Notes: generated by a model from the sequence alone, not told the origin. Positions 49,205 to 59,409 are shown, numbered from the whole stretch's first letter. The stretch is DNA of 62,903 nucleotides, filler included, from Deltaproteobacteria bacterium (GCA_030698575.1; 10 parts of 10 records of this genome joined end to end with filler, not necessarily neighbours in it); one strand, 5' to 3'. Program-made: numbers and translations.

Positions 49205-50499
49205 GCCTTGAGCCCCCTGGCCAGCTGATCGATCATCGATTTCGGGTTCATCTCGGTCACGCAGACGAGGATGGCGTTCTCGAGTTCCGGATACCAGCGC
49301 CCGAGGGCGAGGCCGCCAAGCACGCCGTCATCGCGCAGCCGGGCCAGCACGCGCTCCGGATCACTCTTCACCTCCACCACAAATTCGTTGAAGGTCGGCG
49401 CCGCGAAGGGGAGCCCCACGCCGGCCGCCTCCCGGATGGTGTTCTTCGCATACTCGGCCTTTGCGAGGTTCAGACGCCCCAGCTCCGCCAGGCCCTGCTT
49501 CCCGAGGGTGGCCAGGAAGGCCGCGCCGGCCAGCGCGCACAGCGACTGGTTGGTGCAGATGTTCGAGGTCGCCTTGTCGCGGCGGATATGCTGCTCGCGG
49601 GTGGAGAGCGTGAGCACGAAGCCCCGGCGCCCGTTTGTGTCGTGCGTCTGGCCGACGAGACGGCCCGGAATCTGCCGCAGGTGCGCCTGGTTGGTGGCGA
49701 AGTATCCGAACCACGGGCCGCCGTAACTCGGCGGCAGGCCGAAGCTCTGGCCGTCTCCCACCGCCACGTCGGCGCCGAAGGCTCCGGGCCCGCGGAGCAC
49801 GCCGTAACTCACCGGCTCACTGCAGGCGACGACGAACAGGGCCCCCGCGCCGTGAACCAGCCGGGCGACCTCGGCGAGGTTTTCGACGCAGCCGAGGAAA
49901 TTCGGGCTCTGCACCGCCACGGCAGACACGCCGTCGTTCAGCGCCGCCTCGAGCGCCGGGAGATCAATTGCGCCCGAAGCGCCGTAAGGGATCTCCTCGA
50001 TCTCGGCGTCGCTGCCGGAGAGGTACGTTCTCGCCACGGCGCGGTAGTCGGGATGCATCGTGCGAGCGAGGAGAAACCGCTTTCGGCGGTTCACTCGCCG
50101 GGCGAGCAGCAGCGCCTCGGCCAGGCCCGAAGCGCCGTCGTAGAGGCTCGCGTTCGAAACCTCCATCTCCGTGAGCTGGCAGATGAGCGACTGGTACTCA
50201 AAAATCGCCTGAAGGGTGCCCTGGCTGATTTCGGGCTGGTAGGGCGTGTAGCTGGTGTAGAACTCGGAACGCGAGATGACGAAGTCGACCACGCCCGGCT
50301 GGAAGTGGTTGTATGCGCCGCCGCCGAGGAACATCCCCTCCGCAGGCGGGACCTGCTGCCGGGCGGCCAGTTCGAGCAGGTGGGCCTTCAGACTGTGCTC
50401 GTCGAGCCCCGCAGGCAGGTCGAGCACCGCTCTCTTCCGGAGCGGCGCCGGGACCGGTTCGAAGAGCGCGTCGATGTCCGGCGCGCCGATGACCTCGAG
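49201..50499 (-). CDS. gcvPA: Glycine dehydrogenase subunit 1, 5' truncated
   Basis: EFYTSYTPYQPEISQG, NASLYDG and REQHIRRDKATSNICTN motifs. Confidence 0.97.
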   Translation of the reverse strand, partial: LEVIGAPDIDALFEPVPAPLRKRAVLDLPAGLDEHSLKAHLLELAARQQVPPAEGMFLGGGAYNHFQPGVVDFVISRSEFYTSYTPYQPEISQGTLQAIFEYQSLICQLTEMEVSNASLYDGASGLAEALLLARRVNRRKRFLLARTMHPDYRAVARTYLSGSDAEIEEIPYGASGAIDLPALEAALNDGVSAVAVQSPNFLGCVENLAEVARLVHGAGALFVVACSEPVSYGVLRGPGAFGADVAVGDGQSFGLPPSYGGPWFGYFATNQAHLRQIPGRLVGQTHDTNGRRGFVLTLSTREQHIRRDKATSNICTNQSLCALAGAAFLATLGKQGLAELGRLNLAKAEYAKNTIREAAGVGLPFAAPTFNEFVVEVKSDPERVLARLRDDGVLGGLALGRWYPELENAILVCVTEMNPKSMIDQLARGLKA

Positions 50500-50601
50500 C
50501 NNNNNNNNNNNNNNNNNNNNNNNNNNNNNNNNNNNNNNNNNNNNTTAATTAATTAANNNNNNNNNNNNNNNNNNNNNNNNNNNNNNNNNNNNNNNNNNNN
50601 G

Positions 50602-51975
50602 GTGTCGGAGCCCGCCCGGCGCCTCGCCGGGAACATCGTCAGACCCATCGAACGCTTCCTTTCCATCGAGGCCGCCAGCGGCATCGTGCTTCTCGTAGCG
50701 GCCGTCGGGGCGCTCGTCTGGGCGAACTCGCCCTGGGGCCATCTCTACGAGCGCCTGTGGCAGGCGCCCGTGACGATCGGCGTGGGAAGCTTCACCCTTA
50801 CGCACCCGCTCCACTTCTTGATCAACGACGGACTGATGGTCGTCTTCTTCTTCGTCGTCGGCCTGGAGATCCGGCGCGAGATGCATGAGGGCGAGCTGGC
50901 CGAGCCGAGGCGCGCGGCTCTGCCCGTTGCCGCGGCCCTCGGGGGCATGCTGATGCCCGCGCTGATCTATCTCCTCCTGAACCCGGAGCGGCCTGCACGC
51001 GACGGCTGGGGCGTGCCAATGGCCACGGACATCGCCTTCGCCGTCGGCGTCCTCGCCCTGCTGGGTCACCGGGTCCCGGCCTCGTTCCGCGTCCTACTCC
51101 TGGCGGTGGCAATCATCGACGACATCGGGGCGATCGTGGTCATCGCCCTCTTCTACTCCACGGGTGTCGTGTGGGCGGGGCTCGCACTGGCCGGCGGCGG
51201 GGTCGCCCTCGTCGTCGTGCTCCAGCGGACTGGCGTGCGTCTCCCCCTCGCCTACGTTCCTCCGGGCGCGATCATCTGGGCCGGCATGTTGTGGGGAGGC
51301 ATCCACCCGACGATCGCGGGGGTTGTCCTCGGTCTGCTCACGCCTGTTCGCCCGTGGTTCGGAGCTCATGGCTTCCTGTCCGCCGCCCAGGAGGCGATCG
51401 AGCGTGTCCGCCGACAGGTCGATCGCGAACACGATGCGCGCGAGCTGATCGCGCCCCTTGCCGATCTGGGCGAGGCGCGACGGGAAGCGCTGTCGCCCGT
51501 CGTCCGGATCGAGGCGGCCCTCCACGCCTGGGTCGCGTTCGGGGTGATGCCCCTCTTCGCCCTGGCGAACGCCGGGGTGAACGTCCGCGACGTGAACCTG
51601 AATGCGGCCGACTCCACTCCGCTCCTGCTTGGCATCATCGCAGGCCTCGTCATCGGCAAGCCGGTCGGCATCCTCCTCGCGAGCGTCGCCGCAACCCGCC
51701 TCGGCATCGCGACGGTCCCTGCGGGGGTGACGTGGATGGGGATCGTCCTCGTCGGCTGTGTGGCGGGGATCGGCTTCACTATGGCGATCTTCGTCGCGGG
51801 TCTCGCGTTTCCCGATGCCGGGCACCTCGGCGTCGCGACGCTGGGCGTGCTGGTCGCGTCCGCGGTCGCGGCCGTCGTGGGCCTGCTGGTCGGCCGTCTG
51901 CTCCTCCGCTCTAACTGCCTCGAGGGGGGAACTGCCGCGACCGCGAGCGAGGCAGAGGCGCACACGGATCGCTGA
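50602..51975 (+). CDS. nhaA: Na+/H+ antiporter NhaA (possibly 5' truncated)
   Basis: [31 protein letters not shown] and GIGFTM motifs. Confidence 0.95.
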   Translation: MSEPARRLAGNIVRPIERFLSIEAASGIVLLVAAVGALVWANSPWGHLYERLWQAPVTIGVGSFTLTHPLHFLINDGLMVVFFFVVGLEIRREMHEGELAEPRRAALPVAAALGGMLMPALIYLLLNPERPARDGWGVPMATDIAFAVGVLALLGHRVPASFRVLLLAVAIIDDIGAIVVIALFYSTGVVWAGLALAGGGVALVVVLQRTGVRLPLAYVPPGAIIWAGMLWGGIHPTIAGVVLGLLTPVRPWFGAHGFLSAAQEAIERVRRQVDREHDARELIAPLADLGEARREALSPVVRIEAALHAWVAFGVMPLFALANAGVNVRDVNLNAADSTPLLLGIIAGLVIGKPVGILLASVAATRLGIATVPAGVTWMGIVLVGCVAGIGFTMAIFVAGLAFPDAGHLGVATLGVLVASAVAAVVGLLVGRLLLRSNCLEGGTAATASEAEAHTDR

Positions 51976-52076
51976 CGCCACAGCCCCGGCGCCGCTCGCG
52001 CGAGACATGACCGCGCCAGAGGCGGACTGGACCCTGGACGCCATTCATCCGCTGTCGAGGACCCGGCGCACTCGGT

Positions 52077-53252
52077 CTAGTGTCCGGCCGGCAGTTCTGG
52101 ACGGTGGTGGGTCTCCTGGGACTTCATCGCCGTCGGGGCCAGGTGTTGCTCCAGCCGCAAAAGCCGCGCCTGGAGTCTCCTCCGGCCGATCAAGAGTGGA
52201 ACAGCTGCGAAGAGTACTCCGGCAGCCAGGGATCCCAGGAGCACGCCGCCGAGCGGCAAGCCCTCGAGCACCCATGCCAGGAAGTGAATCGTGATGGGCG
52301 AGCCGTTCTGGATTGCGAGCGTGGCCGCCGCTGCACCGAGCAGGCTTACGAGGACGTAGGGCGCGAGCCGAAGCCGCTGCGGCGGCACGAATGTCGGCGC
52401 GACGCTCTCGGCGCTCGGTTCAGTCACTCCGACGCTCCGTTCCGTCAGCATCGCGGCGATCTCCGCCCCGACCACGAAAATGGTGGCGGAAAAATAAATC
52501 CATACGAGGGTTGCCACCACCATCCCGAAGGAGCCGTAGAGCTTGCCGTACACTCCGGACATCGCGAGGTAGGTGCTGAACCCCCAGCGTGCCGCCTCCC
52601 AGAGTACTGCCACGACGACGGTGGCCGTCGCGGCCGCGCGGGTGCGCACCGCGGTGTTCGGGAAGGTGCGGTACACGAAGAAGAGCAGGCCCGCCAGGGA
52701 CAAGTATAGGAGGGGCAGTGCGATCAGCTTCGCCCATCGGGCTGAAGCCAGCGTCGAGGGCGGGAGGACGTAGAGCCCGACGTTTCCGAGCGCCACGACC
52801 GTCAGGATCGCCCCCGACAGCACCACCGCGAGCAGCCCGCAGACGCCGAGCGCGAAGAGATCGAAGGCGAATCCATGGACCAGACCGCGCCGCTGCTGCA
52901 CCCGGAAAGCCACGTTCGTCACGGTGCGGGTGAGCGAGAAGAGCTGGGTGGCGAAGACCGCCAGGCCGAGCCCGCCGAGCAGACCGGTCACCTTGCGCTC
53001 CTGCGTCAGGAGGGTCAGCGCCGCGAGCACTTCCGAGCTGTACCCGGGCAGTAGCGAGGTGGCGGTCTCCATGACGGACGCGGCCGCCTCGTCGGACTGC
53101 AGGAGAAACCCCACGCCGGAAACGAGGAGCAGCGCCAGAGGAGCCAGGCAGAGGAGAGACGAGAACGCCAGGGCGCCGGCCAGGAGGAATCCATCGTGGC
53201 CGAAGAAGCGGCGGATGACGAGCCCGAGATCGGCGAGTGCCCGACGGATCAT
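52077..53252 (-). CDS. YihY/BrkB family membrane protein with C-terminal LapA (DUF1049)-like domain
   Basis: AGALAFSSLL, VYR..PN, LYGSFG and W.Y.SA.I...GAE; tail AIQN...IHFLAW....PLG.V. Confidence 0.82.
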   Translation of the reverse strand: MIRRALADLGLVIRRFFGHDGFLLAGALAFSSLLCLAPLALLLVSGVGFLLQSDEAAASVMETATSLLPGYSSEVLAALTLLTQERKVTGLLGGLGLAVFATQLFSLTRTVTNVAFRVQQRRGLVHGFAFDLFALGVCGLLAVVLSGAILTVVALGNVGLYVLPPSTLASARWAKLIALPLLYLSLAGLLFFVYRTFPNTAVRTRAAATATVVVAVLWEAARWGFSTYLAMSGVYGKLYGSFGMVVATLVWIYFSATIFVVGAEIAAMLTERSVGVTEPSAESVAPTFVPPQRLRLAPYVLVSLLGAAAATLAIQNGSPITIHFLAWVLEGLPLGGVLLGSLAAGVLFAAVPLLIGRRRLQARLLRLEQHLAPTAMKSQETHHRPELPAGH

Positions 53253-53461
53253 GGATTTTTCGCTGAGAGCCTATCACGCGGCGACCCCGCGGGCGCGGAC
53301 TGTTCTGTCNNNNNNNNNNNNNNNNNNNNNNNNNNNNNNNNNNNNNNNNNNNNTTAATTAATTAANNNNNNNNNNNNNNNNNNNNNNNNNNNNNNNNNNN
53401 NNNNNNNNNTCCACATCCCCGCCATCTCTATCCTCGTGCGTTCCCATTCGGAGAGTGCTAC

Positions 53462-54445
53462 GTGAATCGGAACACACCAAACACCAGGCAAGCCATGGAC
53501 GACAGGACCGCACGACCCCAAGCCCCAGCGATCCCGGCCTCCGCATCAAGGCGCCTCCTGGCCGCCTTCCTGGCCGGCCGGAACCCGCGCACCCTGGCTG
53601 CCTACCGCGCTGACGTTCAGCACTTCGCCGCGTTCCTGGGCGCCGCTACGGTGGAGGACGCGGCCCGTGCGCTACTTGCCGGGGGACAGGGCCGCGCGAA
53701 CGAAACGGCGCTCCGCTACCGCGCGCACCTGCAAGAGCGGGGGCTTTCCCCGGCCACAGTCAACCGGCGCCTCGCGGCCGTGCGCTCACTGGTGAAGGTC
53801 GCCCGCGTGATCGGGCTGGTCCCCTGGAAGCTCGACGTGGAACCTCTCAAGGCCGAGCCCTACCGCGACACCCGAGGACCCGGGCGCGAGGGCTTCCGGC
53901 GGATGCTGATGCTTCTCGAAGGGCGCGACGACGCCCGGGCGCGCCGGGCGCGGGCACTCCTGAGCCTGGGCTACGACCTGGCGCTCCGGCGCGGAGAGGT
54001 GGGAGCGCTTAACGTGGCGGACGTGGACCTGGAGGCCGGAACCGTTGCCGTGCTGGGCAAGGGACGCGCCACCAAGCAGCGCATGACGCTTCCCGAGCCC
54101 ACGCGCGCCACGCTGGCGGACTGGCTGGAGGCGCGAGGCGCCGAGCCCGGCCCCCTGTTCCTGAATTTCGACCGGGCGGGGAAGGGAGGGCGCCTGACGC
54201 CCGCCAGCATTAACCGCATTGTGCACGCCCTCGGGCGTGCCGCCGGGCTCCGCGTCACTTACCACGGGCTCCGGCACGCGAGCATCACGCGCGCCCTCGA
54301 CCTCTCCGGGGGGAACGTCCGCGCCGTGCAGCGCCACTCCCGCCATCAGGACGTGCGGACCGTCGGGCGCTATGATGACGAGCGCCGGGACCTGGCCGGA
54401 GAGATCGCTCGGAAGGTCGCTGAGGATGCCCGGGAAGATATGTGA
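53462..54445 (+). CDS. Tyrosine recombinase (XerC/D-like resolvase)
   Basis: SPATVNRRLAAVRS, LRRGE, GKG, HGLRH, RHQ and RYD, a complete R-K-H-R-H-Y set; GTG 53462 or ATG 53495 start. Confidence 0.93.
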   Translation: MNRNTPNTRQAMDDRTARPQAPAIPASASRRLLAAFLAGRNPRTLAAYRADVQHFAAFLGAATVEDAARALLAGGQGRANETALRYRAHLQERGLSPATVNRRLAAVRSLVKVARVIGLVPWKLDVEPLKAEPYRDTRGPGREGFRRMLMLLEGRDDARARRARALLSLGYDLALRRGEVGALNVADVDLEAGTVAVLGKGRATKQRMTLPEPTRATLADWLEARGAEPGPLFLNFDRAGKGGRLTPASINRIVHALGRAAGLRVTYHGLRHASITRALDLSGGNVRAVQRHSRHQDVRTVGRYDDERRDLAGEIARKVAEDAREDM

Positions 54446-54471
54446 TCGGAAACGCGCATTATCGATCACAT
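54440..54471. other. Candidate tyrosine recombinase crossover site (13-6-13)
   Basis: ATGTGATCGGAAA-CGCGCA-TTATCGATCACAT; arms 11/13 inverted, 6-bp spacer, overlapping the recombinase stop codon. Confidence 0.6.
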
Positions 54472-54576
54472 GCAGAAGCCATCTTCATGCTGCGAGCAGC
54501 ACCACTCGCAGCCGTCAGGTAGGCCCCACCAGGGTGCGCCGGTGCGGCCCCTTGTTCCCGACGCGAGAGGGAGACT

Positions 54577-54888
54577 ATGCGGAAGCGCCGGATACGGGAG
54601 AAGAGGCAGCCCCAGGCGAGCAAGCAGCCCAAGCGGACGCGGGTGTCCGGCAGGGGGGCGCGTTCGGCCGGTCCGGGCGCCACGAAGAAGATCCCCGAGG
54701 GGTGGGTTCGCCAAGGGCTTTACATGCACCCGTGGCTGTCCCACGCCTTGAACGTGAAAGCGGCTGGGGCTGGCGTTCCCCCGAGCATCGCGCTTGCCCG
54801 CATCCTTCGGGACGCGCTGCTCCCAGAGACCAAGAAGATCCCCCGCCACCCAAGAGGGATTGAACGGCCCAAGAAGTCCGATTTCTGA
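54577..54888 (+). CDS. Small basic protein with ribbon-helix-helix-like core
   Basis: GAGGGAG RBS; QGLYMHPWLSHALNVKAAGAGVPPSIALARILRDAL strand-helix-helix pattern. Confidence 0.55.
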   Translation: MRKRRIREKRQPQASKQPKRTRVSGRGARSAGPGATKKIPEGWVRQGLYMHPWLSHALNVKAAGAGVPPSIALARILRDALLPETKKIPRHPRGIERPKKSDF

Positions 54889-54912
54889 CAGTGCAAAGGG
54901 AGGTCGAGGGCG

Positions 54913-55563
54913 ATGGACAAACCGAAAAGAAGGGGGCGCCCCCCCATCTTGGGGATTTCCGAAAAGGGCGTGCACAGGGAACAGGGTCTCCTTCGCTTTC
55001 TGGTCACATCGGAGGATCGTCAGTCCGCCGAGAGGCAAGAATTTGCCTATACGGAGTTCGAAATACAAGCGCGACGTATCGCCTTGGATCGGCTGAACAG
55101 AGTGCTAAAGAAACACGGTCTGCGCCAAGGTCGACTGAGGCTCCGTGAAGTCAAACCTAGCTATCTAGGCGAGGACGAGATTGTCAAGAAACTACCCGGA
55201 ACGATAGTCCCTTCCGATCAATTGCCGGGGGGCAGACAGCCAAGGTTCGTGCGCGTAGATTTCGGGTCGGATCACAACTGGCGGTATTTCACTCTCTTTG
55301 TTGTCCGAGTTCTTTTGAACCCAGACGAAATGAAAGATCTGAGGGAGTGGGAGCGAGTCCTGAGCAACTTTAACCTAGAGACGGCGCAGGCACAGATTGC
55401 TCAATTGCACTCACACTTTGAGAAAGAGCTAACGAAAGAAGTAGTAAGAATTGATTTGCAGAAGTTAGTCGATAAGGCGCCGCGACCAGGAAGCCTGGAG
55501 TATACCCTGCAAGAGAACCGCTATCGTCGACCAGCGCGGAAGAAGGAGCGGAAGGATGGCTAG
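54913..55563 (+). CDS. Hypothetical protein with N-terminal RRGRPP motif
   Basis: GAGG RBS, 216-aa ORF, overlaps the next start. Confidence 0.65.
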   Translation: MDKPKRRGRPPILGISEKGVHREQGLLRFLVTSEDRQSAERQEFAYTEFEIQARRIALDRLNRVLKKHGLRQGRLRLREVKPSYLGEDEIVKKLPGTIVPSDQLPGGRQPRFVRVDFGSDHNWRYFTLFVVRVLLNPDEMKDLREWERVLSNFNLETAQAQIAQLHSHFEKELTKEVVRIDLQKLVDKAPRPGSLEYTLQENRYRRPARKKERKDG

Positions 55564-56064
55564 ACGGAAGAAGGGGATCTTTCTACACCGGGACGTCTAC
55601 TACATGAAGATCAAGGCGCCTGACGGCCAGTGGCGTATGCGCAGCCTAGGGACGAAAGACTACATGGAGGCGTCCCGGCGTTTTGATGAGTACAAGGCGG
55701 GGCAGATAGTCGCCATTCCCAACCGTGCCCCACGATTCCGGGACTTTGCGGAAAAGTACGTGGAGGGGCTCATTGCGAGGGGTCGAAGGCCAAGGACGAT
55801 TGAGAGCGTTCGCGACGATCTACGGAAGCTTGATCCTTTCATCGGCATAAAGCGGATCGACACGATCACGGCCCAGGACGTTGAGGACTATCAAAGCATG
55901 AGGCGCAAGAGGGGTATGGCACCCGCGACGGTAAACGGGGAATTGCGAATCCTGCGAGCGGTCCTCCGGCGAGCGGTTGAGCACAAGGTTATCCGCGAGA
56001 TGCCCTGCAAAATTATCTTCCTGCGCGTCGAGCGAAAGGCGGAGCGGCCGACGTTCACGAAGGA
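55556..56064 (+). CDS. Phage-type integrase N-terminal part (arm-binding and core-binding), 3' truncated
   Basis: YYMKIK...RSLGTKD, FRDFAEKY, ITAQDVEDY and APATVNGELRILRAV motifs. Confidence 0.82.
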
Positions 56065-56165
56065 NNNNNNNNNNNNNNNNNNNNNNNNNNNNNNNNNNNN
56101 NNNNNNNNTTAATTAATTAANNNNNNNNNNNNNNNNNNNNNNNNNNNNNNNNNNNNNNNNNNNNG

Positions 56166-57197
56166 ATCCGCGAGGCAGTGGCCTGCCTGCGTGAGGTCGT
56201 TCCGGGCGCGGCGTACGAAGAGGCGCCGGTGGGAGGGGCGAGTTATGATGCCCACGGCGCCCCGCTGACCGCCGCCACGCTGGATCTGGCGCGCCGGGCC
56301 GACGCCGTCCTGCTCGGGGCCGTGGGCGGGCCGAAGTGGGAGCCGCTGGATTTCTCGGTCCGGCCGGAGCGGGCGCTACTGGGCCTGCGCGAAGCCCTCG
56401 GGCTCTACGCGAACCTCCGGCCGGCGATCTGCCAGCCGGCGCTGGTCTCCGCGTCGTCCCTCCGGCCCGAGGTGGTCTCGGGCATCGACATCATGGTGGT
56501 GCGCGAACTGACCGGGGGGATCTACTTCGGCAAGCCCCGGGGCGTGTCGAAAATAGACGGCGAGCGCGTGGGTGTGAACACCCTCCGCTACAGCGAGAGC
56601 GAGATCCGGCGCGTGGCCATCTGCGCCTTTGAGATCGCTCGCCGCCGCCGCAAGTCGCTCGTGAGCGTCGACAAGGCCAACGTGCTCGAGGCAACGGAGC
56701 TCTGGCGCGAGGTCGTGACCGAGGTGGGCCGCGACTACGCCGACGTGGCGCTCTCGCACATGTACGTGGACAACTGCGCGATGCAGCTTGTCCGCAACCC
56801 GAAACAGTTCGACGTCATTGTCACGACGAATCTCTTTGGCGATATTCTCTCGGACGAGGCCGCGATGCTGACCGGATCAATCGGGCTCCTCCCTTCCGCA
56901 AGCCTGGCCGGACTGGGCGGGCGGGGCGGGCTCTACGAGCCCGTGCACGGAAGCGCGCCGGACATCGCGGGGCAGGGGAAGGCGAATCCGCTGGCCGCCA
57001 TTCTCTCGGCCGCCATGCTCCTTCGCTACTCGCTCAATATGGTATCGGAAGCCGGCCGGATCGAGGAAGCAGTGGCCCGCGTGCTCGGCGCGGGCCTCCG
57101 GACGCCCGACATCGCGGGTGAAGGCGGTGCGGGCACCACGCTCGTCGGAACGCAGGAGATGGGCGAGCGGGTCCGCAAGGAAATCAAGAACCTCTGA
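56166..57197 (+). CDS. leuB: 3-isopropylmalate dehydrogenase, 5' truncated
   Basis: [35 protein letters not shown] and [12 protein letters not shown] motifs. Confidence 0.97.
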   Translation: MREAVACLREVVPGAAYEEAPVGGASYDAHGAPLTAATLDLARRADAVLLGAVGGPKWEPLDFSVRPERALLGLREALGLYANLRPAICQPALVSASSLRPEVVSGIDIMVVRELTGGIYFGKPRGVSKIDGERVGVNTLRYSESEIRRVAICAFEIARRRRKSLVSVDKANVLEATELWREVVTEVGRDYADVALSHMYVDNCAMQLVRNPKQFDVIVTTNLFGDILSDEAAMLTGSIGLLPSASLAGLGGRGGLYEPVHGSAPDIAGQGKANPLAAILSAAMLLRYSLNMVSEAGRIEEAVARVLGAGLRTPDIAGEGGAGTTLVGTQEMGERVRKEIKNL

Positions 57198-57212
57198 TCG
57201 GAGAGCGCAGTC

Positions 57213-58241
57213 ATGCCGGGTCGGAAGAAGGCCTACAACGTTGCAATCGCCGGTGCAACCGGCGCCGTGGGTGAAGTGTTCCTCGATATACTCGCGAAGC
57301 GAAACTTTCCCGTTGCCTTGCTGAGGCCGCTGGCGAGCGCGCGGTCTGTTGGAAAGCGGGTGAGCTTCAGGGGAACGCCCGTGGCCGTCGAGGAGCTCGG
57401 GGAGAACAGCTTCGAGGGGATCGACATCGCGTTCTTCTCTGCCGGCGCCACCCGTTCGCGTGAGTTCGGTCCCGCGGCCGCCAGGGCGGGCGCGGTGGTG
57501 ATCGACAACTCGAGCGCGTTTCGCATGGATCCCGAGGTTCCCCTCGTGGTGCCCGAAATCAACGAGCCGCGGATCGCCGACTGGCGCAAGAAGGGGATCA
57601 TCGCCAACCCCAACTGCACCACCATCGTCATGCTCATGGCGCTTGCACCGCTTCATCGGGCTTTCCGTGCCAAGCGGGTGGTTGCGTCGAGCTACCAGGC
57701 GGTCTCGGGCGCAGGGGCATCGGCGGTGCGCGAGCTGGAGGATCAGGTGCGCGCCTGGGCGGCCGGCAAGCCGCTGGAGGCGAAGGTCTTTCCGTACCAG
57801 ATTGCCTTCAACCTCATTCCGCACATCGACGACTTCGAGGAAGACGGTTTCACGAAGGAAGAGATGAAGCTCGTGAACGAATCGCGGAAGATTCTCGACG
57901 ACTACGCGCTGCGCGTCTGCCCGACGACCGTGCGGGTTCCCGTGCTCGCGGCGCATGCCGTGTCGGTCACCGTCGAGACGGCCGAACCCGTCACCGTGGA
58001 GAGCGCGCGGGAGGTCTTCGAGAAAGCCCCGGGACTCCAGGTGATGGACGATCCGGGCGCGAACAAGTACCCCATGCCCCTCTATGCGACCGGCGAGGAT
58101 GACTGTTTCGTGGGACGCATCCGGCGCGACCCGACGGTGGAGAACGGACTCACATTCTGGGTGGTGGGCGATCAGCTCCGCAAGGGCGCAGCGCTGAACG
58201 CCGTGCAGATCGCCGAGAAGCTCGTCGAGAAGTATCTCTGA
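57213..58241 (+). CDS. asd: Aspartate-semialdehyde dehydrogenase
   Basis: GATGAVG, DNSSAFR, IANPNCTT, YQAVSGAG, RVPV...H and QLRKGAALN motifs. Confidence 0.97.
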   Translation: MPGRKKAYNVAIAGATGAVGEVFLDILAKRNFPVALLRPLASARSVGKRVSFRGTPVAVEELGENSFEGIDIAFFSAGATRSREFGPAAARAGAVVIDNSSAFRMDPEVPLVVPEINEPRIADWRKKGIIANPNCTTIVMLMALAPLHRAFRAKRVVASSYQAVSGAGASAVRELEDQVRAWAAGKPLEAKVFPYQIAFNLIPHIDDFEEDGFTKEEMKLVNESRKILDDYALRVCPTTVRVPVLAAHAVSVTVETAEPVTVESAREVFEKAPGLQVMDDPGANKYPMPLYATGEDDCFVGRIRRDPTVENGLTFWVVGDQLRKGAALNAVQIAEKLVEKYL

Positions 58242-58259
58242 TCAGTCGCTGATCCACTC

Positions 58260-58292
58260 CGGCAAGCCACCTCGTCGGGGTGGCTTGTCGCG
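58260..58292 (+). terminator. Hairpin after asd (possible terminator)
   Basis: CGGCAAGCCACC/GGTGGCTTGTCG stem with a weak U-tract. Confidence 0.45.
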
Positions 58293-58313
58293 TTTGGAGC
58301 CGTTGCAGTACCG

Positions 58314-58349
58314 TGTCATTGCGAGGAGCGAAGCGACGAAGCAATCCCC
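58314..58349 (+). repeat. GTCATTGCGAG-type REP-like element, locus 4 (single arm)
   Basis: TGTCATTGCGAGGAGCGAAGCGACGAAGCAATCCCC. Confidence 0.85.
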
Positions 58350-58386
58350 TGCGCGCTTGGGACGGCTGACATCTGTGGGAGGCAAC

Positions 58387-59409
58387 TTGAAGAAAATCGA
58401 CATGGCCATCATCGGCGCTCGCGAGGCGGGGGGCGCCGAACTCGTTGAGAAGCTGGAGGACATCGACTTTCCGGTCGGTGAGCTCCGGCTTCTTACGACG
58501 ACCGAGGCGCTCACGGGCGAGGAAACGGAGCTCAGAGGGCGAACTCACAGGGAATCATTCCTGGGGGAGGGGGCGTTCGCCGGCCTCTCCGTGGCCATCT
58601 TCGCCGCCGGCATGGCCCATGCCCGCCGCTATGCACCCGCGGCGCGGGCGGCCGGCTGCTGGGTGATCGACGCGACCGGGGCTCTCGCGGGCAACGCCCC
58701 GCTCGTGGTGCCCGAGATCAACCCCGACGCGCTGCCTGGGGCGCCGGCCAGCATCCTTTCGCCGCTCCCCGCGGCCGTCATCCTGGCGCTGGCTCTCGCG
58801 CCGCTCCACCGGGCGGCCGGCGTCCGTAGGGCGGTTGTATCGACCTACCATGGGGCGTCCGGAAGCGGGCGGTTGGGGATGGAGGAGCTCGAGGAGCAGA
58901 CGCGGGGCGTTCTCTCGGGCAGCGAACCCGACCCCGACCGATTCCCGCACCGGCTGGCCTTCAATGTCATTCCCCAGACCGACGCTTTCGAGACCGAGGG
59001 GGACGACGCGGGCTGGACGCGCGAGGAACTGCGGCTTCGTCGGGAGGTTCCCGCCCTGCTGGGGACGCCCGATCTCGCCATCGCGGCGACAGCGGTCCGG
59101 GTACCCGTATTCACGGGCGTGGCGATGTCGGTCACTGTGGAACTTGGGGGCGCGCTCCCCGTCGAGAAGGCGCGCGAGGCGCTCACCGGCGCGCCGCGCG
59201 TGCACTTGCTGGATGAGCCCGCCTTCCACCTCTACCCGCTGCTCGGCGAGATCGCCGGCCGCGATGACGTGTACGTGGGACGGCTACGTAACGATCCGAG
59301 CAGCCCGAACGGCCTCTGCCTCTGGATCGCCGCCGATGATCTGCGCTGCGGCGTTGCGCAGAACGTGGTCGGCATCCTCGAGCTGCTCCGGCAGCGCGCC
59401 CTCCTTTGA
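58387..59409 (+). CDS. Asd-like paralog (Usg-type) lacking the catalytic Cys
   Basis: PLVVPEIN, AFNVIP, RVPVF and VGRLRND retained; TTG start after GGGAGG; ILSPLPAA replaces IANPNCTT. Confidence 0.85.
   Translation: MKKIDMAIIGAREAGGAELVEKLEDIDFPVGELRLLTTTEALTGEETELRGRTHRESFLGEGAFAGLSVAIFAAGMAHARRYAPAARAAGCWVIDATGALAGNAPLVVPEINPDALPGAPASILSPLPAAVILALALAPLHRAAGVRRAVVSTYHGASGSGRLGMEELEEQTRGVLSGSEPDPDRFPHRLAFNVIPQTDAFETEGDDAGWTREELRLRREVPALLGTPDLAIAATAVRVPVFTGVAMSVTVELGGALPVEKAREALTGAPRVHLLDEPAFHLYPLLGEIAGRDDVYVGRLRNDPSSPNGLCLWIAADDLRCGVAQNVVGILELLRQRALL

Larger units (their letters stand above)
53410..56064 (+). mobile_element. Fragment of an integrative element, prophage or plasmid (whole contig)
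   Basis: Two tyrosine recombinase genes, an RHH-like ORF and an orphan ORF; right half visibly more AT-rich than the host. Confidence 0.75.

Noticed and set aside
58285-58386. N-terminal extension VIARSEATKQS on the Asd paralog, and similar ORFs at 11197, 38173 and 39382
   Set aside because: Translations of the REP-like repeat; a better TTG start with GGGAGG lies at 58387
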